Both the position numbers and the translations under genes were made by a program. DNA of 43,296 bases, taken from positions 1 to 43,296 of the forward strand of contig JAENWZ010000001.1 in NCBI GenBank assembly GCA_016649795.1, in the 5' to 3' direction. The notes beneath the pieces are model-generated. The model made no database searches and was not told the origin of the DNA. It saw only the letters and a list, made by a program, of their open reading frames with translations. The DNA comes from Proteiniphilum sp. (GTDB taxonomy: Bacteria; Bacteroidota; Bacteroidia; Bacteroidales; Dysgonomonadaceae). This document shows, piece by piece, positions 28,138-38,875 of this stretch (within the stretch, counting starts at the first letter, position 1; each line of letters begins with the position of its first letter).

Positions 28138-29562
28138 ATGAAGTCAACACTGAATAAAACGAACGATGTGAACGGAACCATCGTCATTGAACTGGAAAAA
28201 GCAGATTATCAGGAGAAGGTAGATAAGTCATTGAACCAATACCGCCAGAAAGCAAATATTCCAGGCTTCCGTCAGGGTAAAGTACCCAAGAGCGTTATCC
28301 AGAAGATGTACGGTAAAGCCGTTTTAGTCGACGAGATCAATAAAATAGTAACGGACGAGCTGGGCAATTACATTCGCGAGAACAAACTCAAGATCCTGGG
28401 TGAACCTATCTCTGATGACAGCGAAGAGAAGCAGGTTGATCTGGAGAATGACGAATCGATGAAATTCTATTTCGATATTGCGCTTACACCTGAATTTGAA
28501 CTGGTTCTTGATGAGAATACCGAGCTCACCTGGTACAATGTGAAACTGGAAGCTGATCTTTTCGAAAAACAGATGGAGGCCTACAAGCAAAACTACGGCA
28601 CCTACGCCTCAGTTGAAGGTGAAACAAAAGATACTGACCTGATCAAGGGAACGCTCACGGAAATGGAAGCGGGTGTAGAGACAGAAAATGGTCAGGTGAT
28701 TGAAAACGCCATCCTGATGCCCTCCTACGTGAAAGATGAGACTGTAAAGAACAGTTTTGTCGGTGCTAAAGTAGGTGATAGCGTGGTTTTCAATCCCAAA
28801 ACGGCTTACGACAATAATGAAGCAGAGGTGGCATCATTGCTGCAGACCACAAAAGACAAAGTGGCAGATATCAATTGCGATTTCCGTTTCGACATCAAGG
28901 AGGTGACCCGCTATCAGGAAGCTGAATTGAACCAGGAGCTCTTCGACAAAGTGCTGGGCGAAGGTGCTGTAACCACTGAAGAGGAGTTCAGAAACAGGGT
29001 TGAGGCTGAGTTAAGCAACCAGTTCAAACCCAACGTTGATCATCTTTTCATTCACGAAGCACGTGATATCATCGTAGACAAGGTGAAGGATGTGCAATTC
29101 CCCGATGCGTTTCTGAAACGCTGGCTGCTGGAATCGAGTGAAGAGAGAACAACCGAACAGGTGGAAGAGGATTACCCAAAAATACTGGAGGATCTCAAAT
29201 TTCATATTGCCAAACAGAAGATTGTGGAAGAGCATGAGATCAAAGTTGAGTTTGCCGATATTGAAGCACTGGCCGCAGAGGTGGCAAAAGCGCAGTTCGC
29301 TCAGTACGGGATGACCAACCTGCCGGCAGATGTGTTGCAGAACTATACCAAGAGTCTCCTCGAAAAAGAGGAAACAGTCCAGAACCTGGTAGAGAGAGCA
29401 ACTGAAGATAAAATCATCAACTGGCTGAAAGAGAATGTGACAGTACTGGAGAAAGAGATCTCATCGAAAGATTTCAACGATATGATGGGTGAACACGCTC
29501 ATCAGCACGATGAACATTCAGAAGATGAAGCAGCGGAAGAAACTGAAACAGCTGAAGATTAA
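28138..29562 (+). CDS. tig: Trigger factor
   Basis: IPGFRQGKVP ribosome-binding motif; upstream of clpP-clpX. Confidence 0.95.
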   Translation: MKSTLNKTNDVNGTIVIELEKADYQEKVDKSLNQYRQKANIPGFRQGKVPKSVIQKMYGKAVLVDEINKIVTDELGNYIRENKLKILGEPISDDSEEKQVDLENDESMKFYFDIALTPEFELVLDENTELTWYNVKLEADLFEKQMEAYKQNYGTYASVEGETKDTDLIKGTLTEMEAGVETENGQVIENAILMPSYVKDETVKNSFVGAKVGDSVVFNPKTAYDNNEAEVASLLQTTKDKVADINCDFRFDIKEVTRYQEAELNQELFDKVLGEGAVTTEEEFRNRVEAELSNQFKPNVDHLFIHEARDIIVDKVKDVQFPDAFLKRWLLESSEERTTEQVEEDYPKILEDLKFHIAKQKIVEEHEIKVEFADIEALAAEVAKAQFAQYGMTNLPADVLQNYTKSLLEKEETVQNLVERATEDKIINWLKENVTVLEKEISSKDFNDMMGEHAHQHDEHSEDEAAEETETAED

Positions 29563-29607
29563 TCATTGTAGGTTTATCAATCCAAGTTGAATTATTGAAT
29601 AAAAAAT

Positions 29608-30279
29608 ATGGAAAACGATTTTAGAAAATATGCGGTGAAACATCTGGGCATGAACAGCTCCAGATTAGACAGTTATATCAATATAACAAGTCAGGGCGGT
29701 TACATCTCCCCCACAATCATCGAGGAACGTCAGCTCAATGTGGCACAGATGGATGTTTTTTCCCGATTGATGATGGATCGTATCATCTTTCTCGGAACAG
29801 CTATCGATGACTATACAGCCAACGTTATTCAGGCACAGTTGCTCTATCTGGATTCTGCCGATCCGGGAAAGGATATTTCAATCTATATTAACTCTCCCGG
29901 GGGATCTGTCTATGCCGGATTGGGAATTTATGACACCATGCAGTTCATCACTAGTAATGTAACAACCATCTGCACAGGTATAGCAGCATCAATGGCAGCA
30001 ATATTGCTTGTTGCAGGTACCGAGAAGAAGCGATTTGCCCTCACCCACTCCCGTGTGATGATTCATCAGCCTATGGGAGGTGTACAGGGACAGGCTTCCG
30101 ATATAGAAATCACATACCGTGAGATCGCTAAAATAAAGGAGGAGCTTTATGCCATCATCTCAAAACACTCCGGAAAACCGATCGAAGATGTATCGCGTGA
30201 TTCTGACCGTGATTTCTGGTTGACGGCGGAAGAGGCCAAATCTTACGGAATGGTAGACGATGTACTGGTTAAGAAGTAA
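29608..30279 (+). CDS. clpP: Clp protease proteolytic subunit
   Basis: DVFSRLMMDRIIFL, YINSPGG, AASMA, MIHQP. Confidence 0.97.
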   Translation: MENDFRKYAVKHLGMNSSRLDSYINITSQGGYISPTIIEERQLNVAQMDVFSRLMMDRIIFLGTAIDDYTANVIQAQLLYLDSADPGKDISIYINSPGGSVYAGLGIYDTMQFITSNVTTICTGIAASMAAILLVAGTEKKRFALTHSRVMIHQPMGGVQGQASDIEITYREIAKIKEELYAIISKHSGKPIEDVSRDSDRDFWLTAEEAKSYGMVDDVLVKK

Positions 30280-30380
30280 TCATTAATGTTTTCGATTCAG
30301 AAAACTGGGAATCAATATACTAACAGGTCTTTTTTTTTGTGTATTGAACTTTCAGCATACGCTGCGTAACATCATCAAAT

Positions 30381-31622
30381 ATGGCAAAAAAAGCGAACAG
30401 CAGTAATCATTGCAGTTTCTGCGGAAGAAGCGAACAGGAAGTCAATCTCCTTATCTCGGGTATGACAGGTTATATCTGCGATATGTGTACCGAGCAGGCT
30501 CACGAAATAGTGAACGACTCGTTCAAGAGCAGCGGTAAATCAGATATGGACATCACCCTTTCCACCCTCCCCAAACCTGCTCAGATCAAAGAGTTTTTAG
30601 ATCAGTACGTCATCAAACAAGAGAATGCGAAGCGTTTTCTGTCGGTGTCGGTCTACAATCACTACAAACGTATATTACAGAAAAACCTGAAAGATGAGAT
30701 AGAGATTGAAAAATCGAACATCATCATGGTGGGTGCTACAGGTACGGGAAAAACACTCCTGGCCAGAACAATAGCCAAGTTGCTGCATGTTCCTTTCACC
30801 ATTGTAGATGCTACAGTGCTTACCGAAGCGGGGTATGTGGGTGAAGATATTGAAAGCATCCTCACACGGTTACTCCAGGTGGCTGATTACGATGTAAATG
30901 CTGCCGAAAGAGGAATCGTATTCATCGATGAGATAGATAAGATTGCCCGTAAAAGCGACAATCCTTCAATAACCAGAGACGTTAGCGGCGAAGGTGTACA
31001 ACAGGGATTGCTTAAGCTGCTGGAGGGTTCCGTGGTGAACGTACCCCCGCAGGGAGGACGTAAACACCCCGAACAGCGCATGATTGCAGTGAACACCAAG
31101 AACATATTATTCATTTGTGGTGGTGCATTCGACGGGATTGAGAAAAAGATAGCACAGCGGCTTAACACACGTGTGGTAGGTTATGCAGCCAGCAACGACA
31201 AAGTGAATATCGACAGAAACAATCTGATGAAGTACATCACACCGCTAGATTTAAAATCGTTTGGACTGATCCCGGAAATCATCGGTCGTCTGCCTATCCT
31301 CACCTATCTGGAACCGCTGGACAGAGATGCCCTGTTACGCATTTTGGTGGAACCCAAAAACTCAATCATCAAACAATATCAGAAACTGTTTGAGATGGAT
31401 GGTGTGACACTCACCTTCGAGCAGGAAGCATATGAATATATAGTGGATAAAGCCATTGAATTCAAACTGGGAGCACGCGGATTACGTTCTATCGTGGAAG
31501 CAATCATGATAGATGCAATGTTCACCCTGCCTTCTGAAGAGAAGAAGAAACTGCACGTAACACATCAGTACGCTTTACAGCAATTGGAGAGTTCCGATCA
31601 TCACCATTTGAGAGTGGCTTGA
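30381..31622 (+). CDS. clpX: Clp protease ATP-binding subunit ClpX
   Basis: CSFCG...ICDMC zinc finger, [33 protein letters not shown]. Confidence 0.97.
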   Translation: MAKKANSSNHCSFCGRSEQEVNLLISGMTGYICDMCTEQAHEIVNDSFKSSGKSDMDITLSTLPKPAQIKEFLDQYVIKQENAKRFLSVSVYNHYKRILQKNLKDEIEIEKSNIIMVGATGTGKTLLARTIAKLLHVPFTIVDATVLTEAGYVGEDIESILTRLLQVADYDVNAAERGIVFIDEIDKIARKSDNPSITRDVSGEGVQQGLLKLLEGSVVNVPPQGGRKHPEQRMIAVNTKNILFICGGAFDGIEKKIAQRLNTRVVGYAASNDKVNIDRNNLMKYITPLDLKSFGLIPEIIGRLPILTYLEPLDRDALLRILVEPKNSIIKQYQKLFEMDGVTLTFEQEAYEYIVDKAIEFKLGARGLRSIVEAIMIDAMFTLPSEEKKKLHVTHQYALQQLESSDHHHLRVA

Positions 31623-31683
31623 CTCACTTCCCCCAATGTATAGTAAATCCGCTGGCGGGTAAAAACGTTCCGGCGGTATGTTG

Positions 31684-31711
31684 AAAACGCATGTTTACCC
31701 TGCGTTTTTTT
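31684..31711 (+). terminator. Intrinsic terminator after clpX
   Basis: AAAACGCA-tgtttaccc-TGCGTTTT followed by further T residues. Confidence 0.65.
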
Positions 31712-31793
31712 CATTGGGAAAAATATCGCGGAGAATGGTGTGATAATTCATTTTGTATTTTGAATTTATTATTGGATATATGAAATACTTTTT

Positions 31794-31801
31794 TAATTTT
31801 G
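31794..31801 (+). promoter_or_regulatory. -7 box (TAATTTTG) for recQ
   Basis: Matches TAnnTTTG about 48 bp upstream of the ATG. Confidence 0.55.
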
Positions 31802-31848
31802 TAACAACCTTTCGGTGACAACGTTTTTATCGCAGGCCAATACGCTCA

Positions 31849-34050
31849 ATGGAAAAACAGGATATACTGCACAAAAGATTAAAAAAATATTTCGGGTTCG
31901 ATACATTTAAAGGCAATCAGCACGCCATTATCAACAGTATCTTATCCGGGAAGGATACTTTTGTATTAATGCCTACCGGCGGAGGTAAATCGCTATGCTA
32001 CCAACTTCCCGCGTTAATGATGGAAGGTACGGCAATTATCATATCACCGCTCATTGCACTGATGAAGAATCAGGTTGACGCTATGCGCAGCTACAGTGAA
32101 GAAGACGGTATTGCCCACTTCTTGAACTCGTCGCTCAACAAACAGGAGATTGAACAGGTAAAAAAAAATATTCTCTCCGGGAAAACAAAGATGCTTTATG
32201 TAGCTCCTGAATCGCTCACCAAGCTGGAGAATGTAGAGTTTCTGCGAAATATCCCGATTTCATTTTACGGGGTTGACGAAGCACATTGTATCTCTGAGTG
32301 GGGTCACGATTTCCGGCCTGAATACCGGCGCATAAGACCTATCATTGGTGAGATTTGCACCCGTCCAATCATAGCTCTCACAGCCACTGCAACACCCAAG
32401 GTGCAACACGATATACAGAAGAACCTCGGCATGAACGATGCTGTGGTCTACAAATCCTCTTTCAATCGTCCCAACCTCTATTACGAGGTGAGGGATAAAA
32501 CCGAGAAGATCGACAGGGAGATCATCAAATATATACTCTCACATGGGAGGAAATCGGGTATTGTCTATTGCCTGAGTCGTAAGAAGGTGGATGATTTCTC
32601 TAAGATACTGCAGGCAAACGATATACGGGCGTTGCCATACCATGCCGGAATGGATGCAGTTACACGCAGCAACAACCAGGATTCATTTCTCATGGAGAAA
32701 GCTGATGTGATTGTGGCAACCATCGCATTTGGGATGGGCATTGATAAACCAGATGTGCGCTATGTGATCCATTACGATATCCCCAAAAGTCTGGAAGGGT
32801 ATTACCAGGAGACCGGTCGTGCCGGTCGCGATGGAGGAGAAGGAAAATGTATCGCCTTCTACTCCCCCAAAGACCTGCAGAAACTGGAACGTTTCATGCA
32901 GGGCAAGCCCGTTTCCGAGCAGGAAATAGGCAAACAACTGTTGCTGGAAACAGCTGCATATGCTGAGACATCAGTGTGCCGGAGAAAAATGTTGTTGCAT
33001 TACTTTGGCGAAGACTATAACGAAGTGAATTGTGAACATTGTGATAATTGTTTAAATCCAAAGAAAAAAGTGGAAGCGAAAGAATTACTGATTACTGTTT
33101 TAGAAGCAATTATTGCTCTTAAGGAAAAACAAAAAGCCGATTATCTTGTCGATTTTCTCATCGGAAAAGAATCCTCCGATATAGTAACATACGGACACAA
33201 CGAACTGGAAGAGTTCGGATCAGGTTCGGATGAAGAATCCAGCACTTGGGAAGCGCTCATACGCCAGGGTTTACTCGACAACTATTTGAAAAAGGAGATT
33301 GAGAACTACGGTATTCTGAAAATCACGAAAAAAGGAAAAGAGTTTTTAAAAAAACCCGTCTCGTTTAAGGTCACTAAAGACGATGAGTATGAGGATGATA
33401 TGACCGATATGGAAAGCGGCGATTCAGATGTCCTGGGCACAGCCGCAGGAAGTGGAGGTGCTGCCGATCCTGTGCTCTTCTCCATGATGAAAGATCTGAG
33501 AAAGAAACTGTCTAAAAAACTGAACGTCCCTCCCTATGTGATTTTTCAGCCCTCGTCGCTTGAAGCGATGGCCACCTCCTATCCCATCACGCTGGATGAA
33601 CTGCAAAATATACCCGGAGTGGGTGCAGGTAAGGCAAAAAGGTACGGGAAAGAATTTGTGGATCTGATCAAGAAGCATGTCGAAGAAAATGACATTACCC
33701 GTCCCGAAGATCTTCGTGTAAAAACCGTCGCCAACAAATCGAAATTAAAAGTCTCCATCGTGCAGGCTATCGACCGCAAAGTGGCGCTCGACGACCTGGC
33801 GGAATCGAAAGGGATCGATTTCAACGAAATGTTGTCAGAGGTGGAAGCAATTGTCTACTCCGGCACAAAAATCAACATAGACTATTTCCTCAACGAGGTG
33901 ATGGATCAGGATGTACTGCAGGATGTATACACCTATTTCAAAGAGACTGAAAAAGATGATCTTGAGAAAGCGCAGTCAGAACTATCTGATTATACTGAGA
34001 CAGAAATAAGACTGGTAAGGATCAAGTTCTTCTCGGATATGGCCAACTAA
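31849..34050 (+). CDS. recQ: DNA helicase RecQ
   Basis: MPTGGGKS, DEAHCISEWGHDFRPEY, QETGRAGRDG, zinc-binding cysteines, HRDC (VPPYVIF). Confidence 0.96.
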   Translation: MEKQDILHKRLKKYFGFDTFKGNQHAIINSILSGKDTFVLMPTGGGKSLCYQLPALMMEGTAIIISPLIALMKNQVDAMRSYSEEDGIAHFLNSSLNKQEIEQVKKNILSGKTKMLYVAPESLTKLENVEFLRNIPISFYGVDEAHCISEWGHDFRPEYRRIRPIIGEICTRPIIALTATATPKVQHDIQKNLGMNDAVVYKSSFNRPNLYYEVRDKTEKIDREIIKYILSHGRKSGIVYCLSRKKVDDFSKILQANDIRALPYHAGMDAVTRSNNQDSFLMEKADVIVATIAFGMGIDKPDVRYVIHYDIPKSLEGYYQETGRAGRDGGEGKCIAFYSPKDLQKLERFMQGKPVSEQEIGKQLLLETAAYAETSVCRRKMLLHYFGEDYNEVNCEHCDNCLNPKKKVEAKELLITVLEAIIALKEKQKADYLVDFLIGKESSDIVTYGHNELEEFGSGSDEESSTWEALIRQGLLDNYLKKEIENYGILKITKKGKEFLKKPVSFKVTKDDEYEDDMTDMESGDSDVLGTAAGSGGAADPVLFSMMKDLRKKLSKKLNVPPYVIFQPSSLEAMATSYPITLDELQNIPGVGAGKAKRYGKEFVDLIKKHVEENDITRPEDLRVKTVANKSKLKVSIVQAIDRKVALDDLAESKGIDFNEMLSEVEAIVYSGTKINIDYFLNEVMDQDVLQDVYTYFKETEKDDLEKAQSELSDYTETEIRLVRIKFFSDMAN

Positions 34051-34204
34051 AGTGAGATATTAATAGGATTATTAAACTATTTTACACCGGCACCGTTCAT
34101 AAATAAGTTGGGTGTATGAATCATAAAACAGATAAATTGTTACATGCATATGATTATTCACAAGTTAAGTGCCATGCATCAAGAAGAAATAGTATAAAAG
34201 TCGC

Positions 34205-36178
34205 ATGAAATATTTACAAGAGATAAACAGTCCTGATGACCTAAAAAAGCTCAGCATCGAACAACTGGAAACCGTTTGTGGCGAGCTGAGAGAATTCATC
34301 ATTGAACAACTTTCACTCAACCCCGGTCATTTTGGCTCCAGTTTGGGTACTGTGGAGTTGACGGTGGCGCTTCATTATCTATATAATACACCATACGACA
34401 GGCTGGTATGGGATGTAGGACACCAGGCATACAGCCATAAGATACTTACCGGTCGCCGTGACCGCTTTCCCACAAACCGTAAACTGGGAGGACTCTCCGG
34501 ATTCATCAATCCCGAAGAAAGCGAGTATGACACTTTCGCTGTAGGACACGCCTCCACTTCCATCTCTGCAGCATTGGGTATGGCTGTGGCAGCAACACTC
34601 AACAAGGAGAATGATCGTCGCGTGGTGGCAATCATTGGCGATGGATCTATGACCGGAGGACTGGCATATGAAGGACTCAACAACGCTTGTTCACAGCCCA
34701 ATAATCTGCTAATCATTCTCAACGACAACAATATGTCGATTGATAATAATGTGGGAGGCTTGCAGGACTACCTGGTGAAACTGACCACCTCCTCCAAATA
34801 CAATAAAGTGAGAAACCACATCTATCAGGGATTCAAGAAAAACAATCTTATTTCGGAGAAAGATAAAAACAGGGTCTTACGATTCAACAACAGTGTCAAA
34901 TCGCTCATTACCAAACAACAAAATCTTTTTGAGGGATTCAATATCCGCTATTTCGGACCTGTTGACGGTCACGATCTGCACGGTCTTATCCGTATCCTTA
35001 CAAACATCAAGGATATGAAAGGACCCAAACTGCTCCATATTAAGACAGTGAAAGGTAAAGGTTACAAGCCTGCCGAGCAATCAGCCACTGAGTGGCATGC
35101 ACCCGGACTCTTCAACAAAGATACCGGTGAACGCATCCTTAAGGACAATAATGATCAGCCGCAACTCTATCAGGATGTCTTCGGTCATACACTTGTGGAG
35201 ATGGCAAAGGAAAACGATAAGATTGTAGGTGTCACCCCTGCCATGCCCACAGGCTGCTCCATGAACTATATGATGCAGGAGTTTCCCGATCGTGCTTTCG
35301 ATGTAGGTATAGCCGAGGCACATGCTGTCACCTTCTCTGCAGGTATGGCCAAAGAGGGATTGATCCCGTTTTGCAATATCTACTCATCGTTCATGCAGCG
35401 GGCCTATGATCAGGTGATTCACGATGTGGCGCTTCAGAAACTGAAAGTGATTATGTGTCTCGACCGGGCAGGTCTGGTGGGAGCCGATGGCCCCACCCAT
35501 CATGGAGTGTTCGATCTGGCATACATGCGTCCGATCCCTAACCTGGTGATCTCCGCTCCCTACAACGAACATGAGCTACGCAACCTGATGCACACAGCTG
35601 TTTACGGTAACGACGGACCATTTGTGATCCGTTATCCACGCGGCCAGGGAGAGATAAAGGAATGGCAGAACGAACCGCAGATTCTTCCAATCGGTAAAGG
35701 GAGGATCCTCAAAAAAGGAAAAGATATAGCGCTACTATCAATAGGCACTATCGGTAACAACGCAGCGAAAGCAATTGTTGAGGCAGAGCAGCTAGGCATC
35801 AGCATAGCCCATTACGACATGGTTTTCCTGAAGCCGTTAGATGAAGAGCTGCTAAGCAAAGTGGCGAAAAAGTTCAAACATATCATCACTGTAGAAAACG
35901 GTGTCATCAACGGTGGCTTGGGAAGTGCTATCCTTGAGTTCCTGGCAGATAACAATTACAGAGATATTCAGGTACAAAGGATAGGTTTTGAAGATGAGTT
36001 TGTCACACATGGCTCCATCAAAGAGCTGCAACAAATCACCGGGATTGATGTGAACGGTATACTGGACCAAATTGTGAGGGTGTTTAATGAGATAAGTGGC
36101 GATGAGAAGTCACCACCTCCATTGCCTGTGAGCACGGACCCCATTGGAATCATACACGATCGTTTGATCGTAAAATAA
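34205..36178 (+). CDS. dxs: 1-deoxy-D-xylulose-5-phosphate synthase
   Basis: [27 protein letters not shown] motif, [19 protein letters not shown]. Confidence 0.97.
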   Translation: MKYLQEINSPDDLKKLSIEQLETVCGELREFIIEQLSLNPGHFGSSLGTVELTVALHYLYNTPYDRLVWDVGHQAYSHKILTGRRDRFPTNRKLGGLSGFINPEESEYDTFAVGHASTSISAALGMAVAATLNKENDRRVVAIIGDGSMTGGLAYEGLNNACSQPNNLLIILNDNNMSIDNNVGGLQDYLVKLTTSSKYNKVRNHIYQGFKKNNLISEKDKNRVLRFNNSVKSLITKQQNLFEGFNIRYFGPVDGHDLHGLIRILTNIKDMKGPKLLHIKTVKGKGYKPAEQSATEWHAPGLFNKDTGERILKDNNDQPQLYQDVFGHTLVEMAKENDKIVGVTPAMPTGCSMNYMMQEFPDRAFDVGIAEAHAVTFSAGMAKEGLIPFCNIYSSFMQRAYDQVIHDVALQKLKVIMCLDRAGLVGADGPTHHGVFDLAYMRPIPNLVISAPYNEHELRNLMHTAVYGNDGPFVIRYPRGQGEIKEWQNEPQILPIGKGRILKKGKDIALLSIGTIGNNAAKAIVEAEQLGISIAHYDMVFLKPLDEELLSKVAKKFKHIITVENGVINGGLGSAILEFLADNNYRDIQVQRIGFEDEFVTHGSIKELQQITGIDVNGILDQIVRVFNEISGDEKSPPPLPVSTDPIGIIHDRLIVK

Positions 36179-36196
36179 CTAATTGCGACACAATCG

Positions 36197-37534
36197 ATGA
36201 AAATATTAATTGCCGGTGCAGGCGCCGTTGGAACTCACCTTGCAAAATTACTCGGACAGGAAAATCACGATATCACACTGATGGATGCCGACAAAGAGCG
36301 TCTCTCCATTATACGGGACAACTCAGATGTCCTCACATACATTGGTAACTGTACATCACTCAAAGATCTTACCGAAGCGGGTATATCTCACGCCGATCTA
36401 TATATAGGTGTCACTCCGGAAGAGTCAAAAAACATCACCTCCTGCATGCTCGCTTCCAATCTGGGTGCCAAAAAGACGCTTGCCAGAGTGGATAATTACG
36501 AGTACCTCCTGCCCAAAAATACCGAGTTCTTCGAGAAACTGGGGATACATTCCATGATTTACCCGGAGCTGATTGCAGCACGTGAGATAGCCATGTCGTT
36601 AAAGAAGCCCTGGACCCGGTTCTGGTGGGAGTTATGCAATGGCACAGTGATCCTGGCCGCGGCTAAAGTGAGAGACAATGCTCATATCGTCAATAAATAC
36701 CTGCATGAGCTGATGCAGGAAGACAAACGCTTTCACCTTGTCGCAATCAAACGCAATCTGCTCACTATCATACCGAAAGGGAGTGATCAGGTGCTTGCCA
36801 ACGACGTCCTCTATTTCACCACACTCAGAAAGCATATCGATGCCCTGCCAGAGTTACTGGGAAAGAAATCATTTGAGACAAAAAGAATTATATTTATGGG
36901 AGGGAGCCGCATCACCATGCGCACCATACAACAACTGCCGCAGAACATCGACATAAAGATCATAGAGCAGGACAGAGAACGCGCCGAGATGTTGGTAGAG
37001 ATGGCGCCACCCAATGTCACCGTGTTTGTGGAGGATGGCAGAAACACAGAGTTTCTGCTGCGTGAAGGGATCACCGAAACAGATGCATTTCTCGCGCTCA
37101 CGGCCAACTCCGAGGCGAACATCCTGGGGTGTATGATGGCGAAACAATATGGCGTTAGAAAAACGGTGGCTGAGGTGGAGAACATCGATTATATCTCAAT
37201 GGCTGAGCGTTTCAATATAGGCACAGTCATCAACAAGAAGTTGATTGCAGCCAGTAAAATCTATGAACTGCTGCTCAGAGCCGATGCCTCCAACATAAAA
37301 AGCCTTACTGTTGCTGACGCGAACGTGGGAGAGGTGACAGCCAAACCCAATTCGAAAGTGACAAAAAAACTGATTAAAAACCTTAACCTGCCACCCGATA
37401 TCACCTTTGGTGCACTCATCAGAAACGGCCAACCGATGCTCGTGGATGGAGATACACTGATAGAACCCTATGATCAGGTGGTGGTCTTCTTTCTCAACAA
37501 ATCACTGAAAAATATCGAGAACCTGTTTAATTAA
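36197..37534 (+). CDS. trkA: Trk K+ uptake NAD-binding subunit TrkA
   Basis: GAGAVG; duplicated RCK_N/RCK_C organisation; 445 aa. Confidence 0.93.
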   Translation: MKILIAGAGAVGTHLAKLLGQENHDITLMDADKERLSIIRDNSDVLTYIGNCTSLKDLTEAGISHADLYIGVTPEESKNITSCMLASNLGAKKTLARVDNYEYLLPKNTEFFEKLGIHSMIYPELIAAREIAMSLKKPWTRFWWELCNGTVILAAAKVRDNAHIVNKYLHELMQEDKRFHLVAIKRNLLTIIPKGSDQVLANDVLYFTTLRKHIDALPELLGKKSFETKRIIFMGGSRITMRTIQQLPQNIDIKIIEQDRERAEMLVEMAPPNVTVFVEDGRNTEFLLREGITETDAFLALTANSEANILGCMMAKQYGVRKTVAEVENIDYISMAERFNIGTVINKKLIAASKIYELLLRADASNIKSLTVADANVGEVTAKPNSKVTKKLIKNLNLPPDITFGALIRNGQPMLVDGDTLIEPYDQVVVFFLNKSLKNIENLFN

Positions 37535-37608
37535 AACCGAAGGAATTATTTCATTGGCTTTGCAACTGCAAAATGTATATCTGAAGCCAAATAGATAAAC
37601 GACGGAAC

Positions 37609-38592
37609 ATGCAGAGATTCAACTATCGATTTGTACTAAGCAGCATAGGACTTCTTCTGATGATAGAAGCTCTCTTTATGCTCTTCTCTGCTTTCGTGGG
37701 AGAATATTATAACGACAATGCTGTTAAAAGCATCTATACTTCGTCGGTCATCACCTTTCTCTCCGGTGCATTACTCGTTTTTCTGGGAAGAAAACGTCAC
37801 AGGAAAGGAGGCAGCATCAGCAAAAGGGAAGTCTATCTAACTGTGACGATGGCCTGGCTTATGCTTGCACTTTTCGGCACGCTCCCGTTTCTGCTCAGCG
37901 GCGCTATTCCTTCCTTCACAAACGCTTTCTTCGAGAGCATGTGTGGTTTCACCACCACCGGCAGCTCCACCCTGCTCAATATTGAAGCATTTCCCAAATC
38001 ACTGCATTTCTGGCGAAGTTTCACACAATGGATCGGTGGTTTTGGGATCATCATCTTTGTGATGTCATTCATGCCCGTTTTTGGAGGTAACTCGGGACAG
38101 TTCTTCGACGCCGAGGCTACTGGCATTGCAGAAGATCAAATGCGACCACGCATCAACGAGGTGACAAAGAACATGGCACTCACCTATCTCGCACTGACCA
38201 TCATCGGCTTTTTAAGGAGGAGGAGTTCAAATGGTATCTGACAATCATCGCTCTCTTTACCGTCGGTATCACAGGCTTACTGTTAATTACGGAAGAGATG
38301 AGCGGGATTGAAAACACATTCAGAACAGCGCTCTTCCAGGTGATTGCTGCCGTCACCACCACCGGATTTGCCACGGTAGATTACCAGATGTGGGGGCATA
38401 TTTACTGGCTCTTGTTTCTGGCAATGATCCTCTTCTGTGGTTGTGAAGGCTCTACATCCGGCGGAATGAAGATATCGAGGCTGGTAGTGCTCTCAAAAAA
38501 CACCCTGCTGGTCTTTAAAAAGCAGGTGCACCCCGATGCACTCTATAGGGTGAAGATGAATGGCAGAATAATCACAGGTCACACCTCTTCCA
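37609..38592 (+). pseudogene. trkH: TrkH K+ channel with an internal frameshifting deletion (~38210) and a missing C-terminus
   Basis: FFESMCGFTTTGSS, FWRSFTQWIGG in the first frame; after a T5 run at 38209-38213 the homology continues in another frame (FKEEEFKWYL...TTTGFAT...GSTSGGMK); it stops at HTSS, where a heptamer array begins. Confidence 0.85.
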
Positions 38593-38690
38593 ACTCTCAG
38601 CTTCCAACTCTCAGCTTTCAGCAGTCAGCGATCAGCGGTCGTTTTCAGCGATCAGCGATCAGTAATCAGCGATCAGCTTTCAGCAATCAG
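38587..38690 (+). repeat. Degenerate heptamer tandem array (15 units, NNNTCAG)
   Basis: cttccaa ctctcag cttccaa ctctcag ctttcag cagtcag cgatcag cggtcg ttttcag cgatcag cgatcag taatcag cgatcag ctttcag caatcag. Confidence 0.9.
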
Positions 38691-38720
38691 CGTTGATGAA
38701 TTTATTTTCTGCGACATCAG

Positions 38721-38846
38721 CTTATTGCCGGGGAACCCGTTCGATGAAATAGGCGTTGTCTGATAAGCTGTTTGCATATCTAACTATTTTAAACAGAGCG
38801 ATTTCTTATCAGACAGCCTGTGAATCGATAACGGGACGGTAAGAAG
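38721..38846. repeat. Long interrupted inverted repeat (rod-like hairpin)
   Basis: Nested arms TTGCCG/CGGTAA, CCCGTT/AACGGG, TCGAT/ATCGA, TGTCTGATAAG/CTTATCAGACA, CTGTTT/AAACAG. Confidence 0.7.
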
Positions 38847-38875
38847 GTGCAAGCCGAAGGAAAACAAATCATCAA

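Noticed and set aside
38205-38241. Programmed frameshift restoring TrkH
   Set aside because: A pore-loop segment is missing at the junction and the C-terminus is absent, so recoding could not give a full channel.
38298-38696. Stand-alone 132-aa gene with SAISNQR repeats
   Set aside because: It is a trkH fragment reading into a non-coding heptamer array.
38721-38875. SRP or 6S RNA
   Set aside because: No SRP domain IV motif was recognised and a 6S-type central bubble is not evident by eye; left as an unassigned hairpin.
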